A stretch of 64,000 nucleotides of DNA, taken from positions 1,488,001 through 1,552,000 of the forward strand of contig OX597840.1 in the NCBI GenBank assembly GCA_951406725.2, written 5' to 3'. Position numbers and translations under genes: made by a program. This stretch comes from Octopus vulgaris (lineage: Eukaryota). The notes beneath the pieces are model-generated. The model was not told the origin of the DNA, made no database searches, and worked only from the letters and a program-made list of their open reading frames with translations. Positions 60,270-64,000 of the stretch are shown piece by piece (the first letter of the stretch is position 1; each line of letters begins with the position of its first letter).

Positions 60270-60650
60270 TAAGTTGATAAGAGCGACGCCAATATTCAAC
60301 TGGTACTTTTTTCATAGAACCTAAGAAAGATGGACAGTAGAATCGACCTGGGCGGAATTTGGAATCAGAACATAAAAACGGGTATTTTCCACGCTCAGCA
60401 TTTTGTCGGATAAGCTAATGATTCTTCAGTCTCGTCGCCATATAATTTAATAAATGACGGTCTCAAATCTTACCTCAAGGCCAAAGATTCGTGGGCCTAG
60501 GGGGAGGTCGATTACATTGAAACCCAGTGCTCAATTATTTCTTATTTTATCGACCCTAAAAACATGAAAAGCACAACCGATCTCGGACGAAAAACTGCTA
60601 GCCATTTTATAATGCGAGATGACGATTTTGCCAGATCGACGCCTTATATG
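60270..60650 (-). mobile_element. Two old family-1-related SINE remnants
   Basis: tcaactggtact..tcgacctgggcggaatttgga.tcagaac and tcgattacattga..cccagtg..ttttatcgaccc. Confidence 0.55.
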
Positions 60651-61700
60651 CTGTTTAAATATTGGTTTCCAGTTTTGGTAGAATGCCAGCAGTTTGGGGG
60701 CAAGAGCTAAGGCGATTAGTTCTAATCCAGCGCTCGACTAAGATCTATTTTATCAACCCCCATTGGAGGAAAGGCTAAGTAAACATCGACGGTATTTATA
60801 CTTAGAACGTAAACAACGGCCAAAATATCTCAAAGCATTCCAGAACCGGGTAATGTTTGTGTTCTGGAGTAATCCAATTTATTTGACATTGCTCCAGTTC
60901 ACTCAAGTTTCATATATGAGTAATCTTGCGCCTAGTGGGGAACATGTGTCCCAAGAGAGATGGCAATCCGTCTCTATCATTCACTATGTCACGGAAAAGA
61001 TCTTCGTCCTTTTTTATCCTACACACACGCACGCATGTATATCAGTGACAGAAAGAATATGGAGATATATGCATACGTACATAAATACATACATAAATAG
61101 GTACATACATATACATACATACATACATACATACATACATACATACATACATACTTACACACACACACATATATATATATAATATTAAATTGGCTAGACG
61201 CGATATAAAATCTAAAATGAAAAATTCAATTATAACAAATATTTCCGACGTTGCTATAAACAAATATGAAAGATCCTTATAGCCACAAGCGTAATAAATA
61301 TCTATACACTGAGACGGCAGTTGATTGCCCCCACAGCTAACGAGGGTTCCATATTGGCAAGCCAATTTCGCTTGGAGGTAAAGCTCAGCAATAGAATTTC
61401 TCCATCGCTGATGGTTAACATAAATTCTTCCTCACAGTATATAGAATATACCAATTAATTTGTCATCAAAATGTTAATGGGAAAATTATAAAATAATAAA
61501 ATAATAAAGGTAGCTAGACGTAATGTGCTGTGTATATATATATATCAGTATCATCGAGTTAACGAAAGGAGGTGCCCTGGTGTTAAAAAGAGTAGTAATA
61601 TCTTTCTGTACGGAACAACCACGTCGAGGTGGTATTACTTTTCAGTGGAGTTACCATTTGCTTCATTATAGAAATTTTAGAAGTAGCTGCTTCGCTTCTT

Positions 61701-61760
<60 letters not shown>

Positions 61761-61774
61761 CATGTATGTATATG

Positions 61775-61826
<52 letters not shown>

Positions 61827-61903
61827 CACACACACATATATATGTGTGCGTGTGTGTGTGTGTATAAATGAGTGCGTATGTATCGAGAAACACAAAAAAA
61901 ACG

Positions 61904-62098
61904 TTTGTTTCAGTCATTTGATCGCGGTCATGCTGGAATACCACCTTTACGCGAACAGATAGACCTGAGGATTTATTCGTTCTAAGCTATAACTGATTAT
62001 ATTGGTCTCTCTTAGCTGAACCGCTTAGGTTACGGAACGTAAACACAACATCTGTTGACAATTGATTGTGGGAGGACAAACACAGACACAAACAACAA

Positions 62099-62133
<35 letters not shown>

Positions 62134-62298
62134 TTGACATATAAATATACGACGGGCTTTTTACAGTTTCCGCCTACCAAATCCATTCACAAGGCTTTGG
62201 TCGGCAGGAGGCATTTTCCCAATGTGCCACGCAGAGGAACTGAAACCGAAAACATGTGATTGGGAATCATGCTTCTTACCACACAGCCACTCCTGCGC
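61904..62298 (-). mobile_element. SINE family 2, diverged full-length
   Basis: tttcagtcatttga..gaaccgcttag..accaaatccattcacaagg..ttaccacacagccactcctgcgc. Confidence 0.85.
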
Positions 62299-62453
62299 GT
62301 ATATATATATGTTTGGTATTGTATGTCTGTGTATATATTATACATAATATATATATACACACACATACATACATACATACATACATACATTACACACATA
62401 ATGTTTTATATACATATACATACATACAAATATTTTTCATAAATTTGGATATT

Positions 62454-62524
<71 letters not shown>

Positions 62525-62689
62525 AATGTATATATATATATGTCTGTGTGTGTGTGTATGTGTATGTGTCTGTCTGTCTGTCTGTCTGTGTGTATATGCA
62601 TACATACATATATACATACATATATATATATATGTATATACGGTTGTAGACAAATGCATGCGAATATACATTCATACATTAAAGACCTT

Positions 62690-63018
62690 CTTCGATCATG
62701 AATGACCATGGGATTGCACCTAGAAAGTTACCCTCCGAGGCAAATGTCCGGGAAATATTGTTTGTGGAAGACCAGCAGTCGCCGATGCATACCAGCCTCC
62801 CCTCTTCACACCATCAATGTTGTCCAAGGGAAAGGCAAAGGCCGATACAGCTTAGCACCAGTGATGTCTCGCAACTCATTTCTACAGCCGAGTTAACTGG
62901 AGCAACGTGAAATAAAATGTCTTGCTCAAGAACACAACAGGCAGCCCGGTCCGGGAATCGAACTCACAATCTCACGACTGTAAGCTCGATGCTCTAACCA
63001 ATGAGCCATGCACCTTCA
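62690..63018 (-). mobile_element. SINE family 3, full-length
   Basis: Minus-strand head with A box tggctcattgg and B box gttcgattcc; matches 23245 and 29155. Confidence 0.88.
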
Positions 63019-63467
63019 CATGCATACATATATTTAAATACATATGTCTTGTCTCGTTCATATTGTTATTGATATATTTCTCCAGTTATTATTCATCCTC
63101 AAATAATGTATCTTGAAACTTACACACAGATTTGTATTTGATTTCTAAGGATAACTAAGAATTTTTTCTTTTATTGTTACCTTTTGTAAAGGGTAAGAAT
63201 CGTGCTGACAAACTTCCAAGGGCCCTTCTATGCTGTTGAGATCAGGAAATTTAATGCTCGTCTTGAATTTTCTAATTATCTATTGTGTAGATTTATTTGC
63301 TCAAGTCCATTCAACGGCAGTAATTCTGGAACAACACCTTCAAGGATATTGACCCCTAGTACTTTCTTTTAAGACTGGCACTTATTTTGTGGCTCGCTTT
63401 TGCCGGACGTAGACAATCCATGTGATGGTGGTGGAGAAACACATACACAAAAACTTACACACACACC

Positions 63468-63528
<61 letters not shown>

Positions 63529-63538
63529 ATATATATAT

Positions 63539-63730
63539 AAATGAAAGATGGAGTTGAACGACGAATTAACAAAATTCCTTTAATCTCGACATATGTTTCG
63601 AAGGAATAAGGGGTGCAAGGCGGCATAATGCACCCTTATTCCTTCGAAATTAGGAATATGCAGCCTTCGAAACATATGTCGAAAATAAAGGAATTTTGTT
63701 AATTCGTCGTTCAACTCCATTCTTTCATTT
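63539..63730. repeat. Nested fold-back: ~65-bp outer arms plus an inner hairpin
   Basis: 63539-63604 vs 63664-63730; inner tttcgaaggaataagggtgca / tgcacccttattccttcgaaa. Confidence 0.93.
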
Positions 63731-63878
63731 ATTTGTATTAAAAAAACACACAAATTTCCACACGAAAGCACGTGATCTCTGCCCTTGGCATGTAGCTTCA
63801 AGTGTGTTTTTCTGACGTGAATTTGCTACCCAGGTATCGGTTAACCGAATTATCCATAATAAGATAATTCATTCAACT

Positions 63879-63953
<75 letters not shown>

Positions 63954-64000
63954 AAACAAGTCAAAATAGAAAATGCTAAAATAATTTTATACAGAACATT

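Overview
AT-rich, microsatellite-saturated animal intergenic or intronic DNA. The SINE families and overall composition suggest an octopus-like cephalopod (inference). No intact host gene is recognisable, and almost every ORF in the track is a translation of (TA)n, (TATC)n, (AAT)n, (GGT)n or (CTA)n repeats. The window holds three or four tRNA-headed SINE families, two non-autonomous Helitrons with both termini, and decayed pieces of CR1/L2-type, R4/Dong-like, RTE, Ty3/Gypsy and Penelope-like retroelements. Three signals stand out. (1) At least eight minimal type I hammerhead-ribozyme motifs with non-canonical cores (CCGAYGA, CUGUWGA) lie in short elements (about 90-200 nt) docked in (TA)n tracts, often as inverted pairs. 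(2) SINE concatemers show a recurring hairpin junction and a 180-184 bp period, and one dimer lies between a single apparent target-site duplication. (3) Long palindromes and fold-backs are frequent. All calls were made by eye; coordinates are approximate to a few bases unless a motif is quoted.
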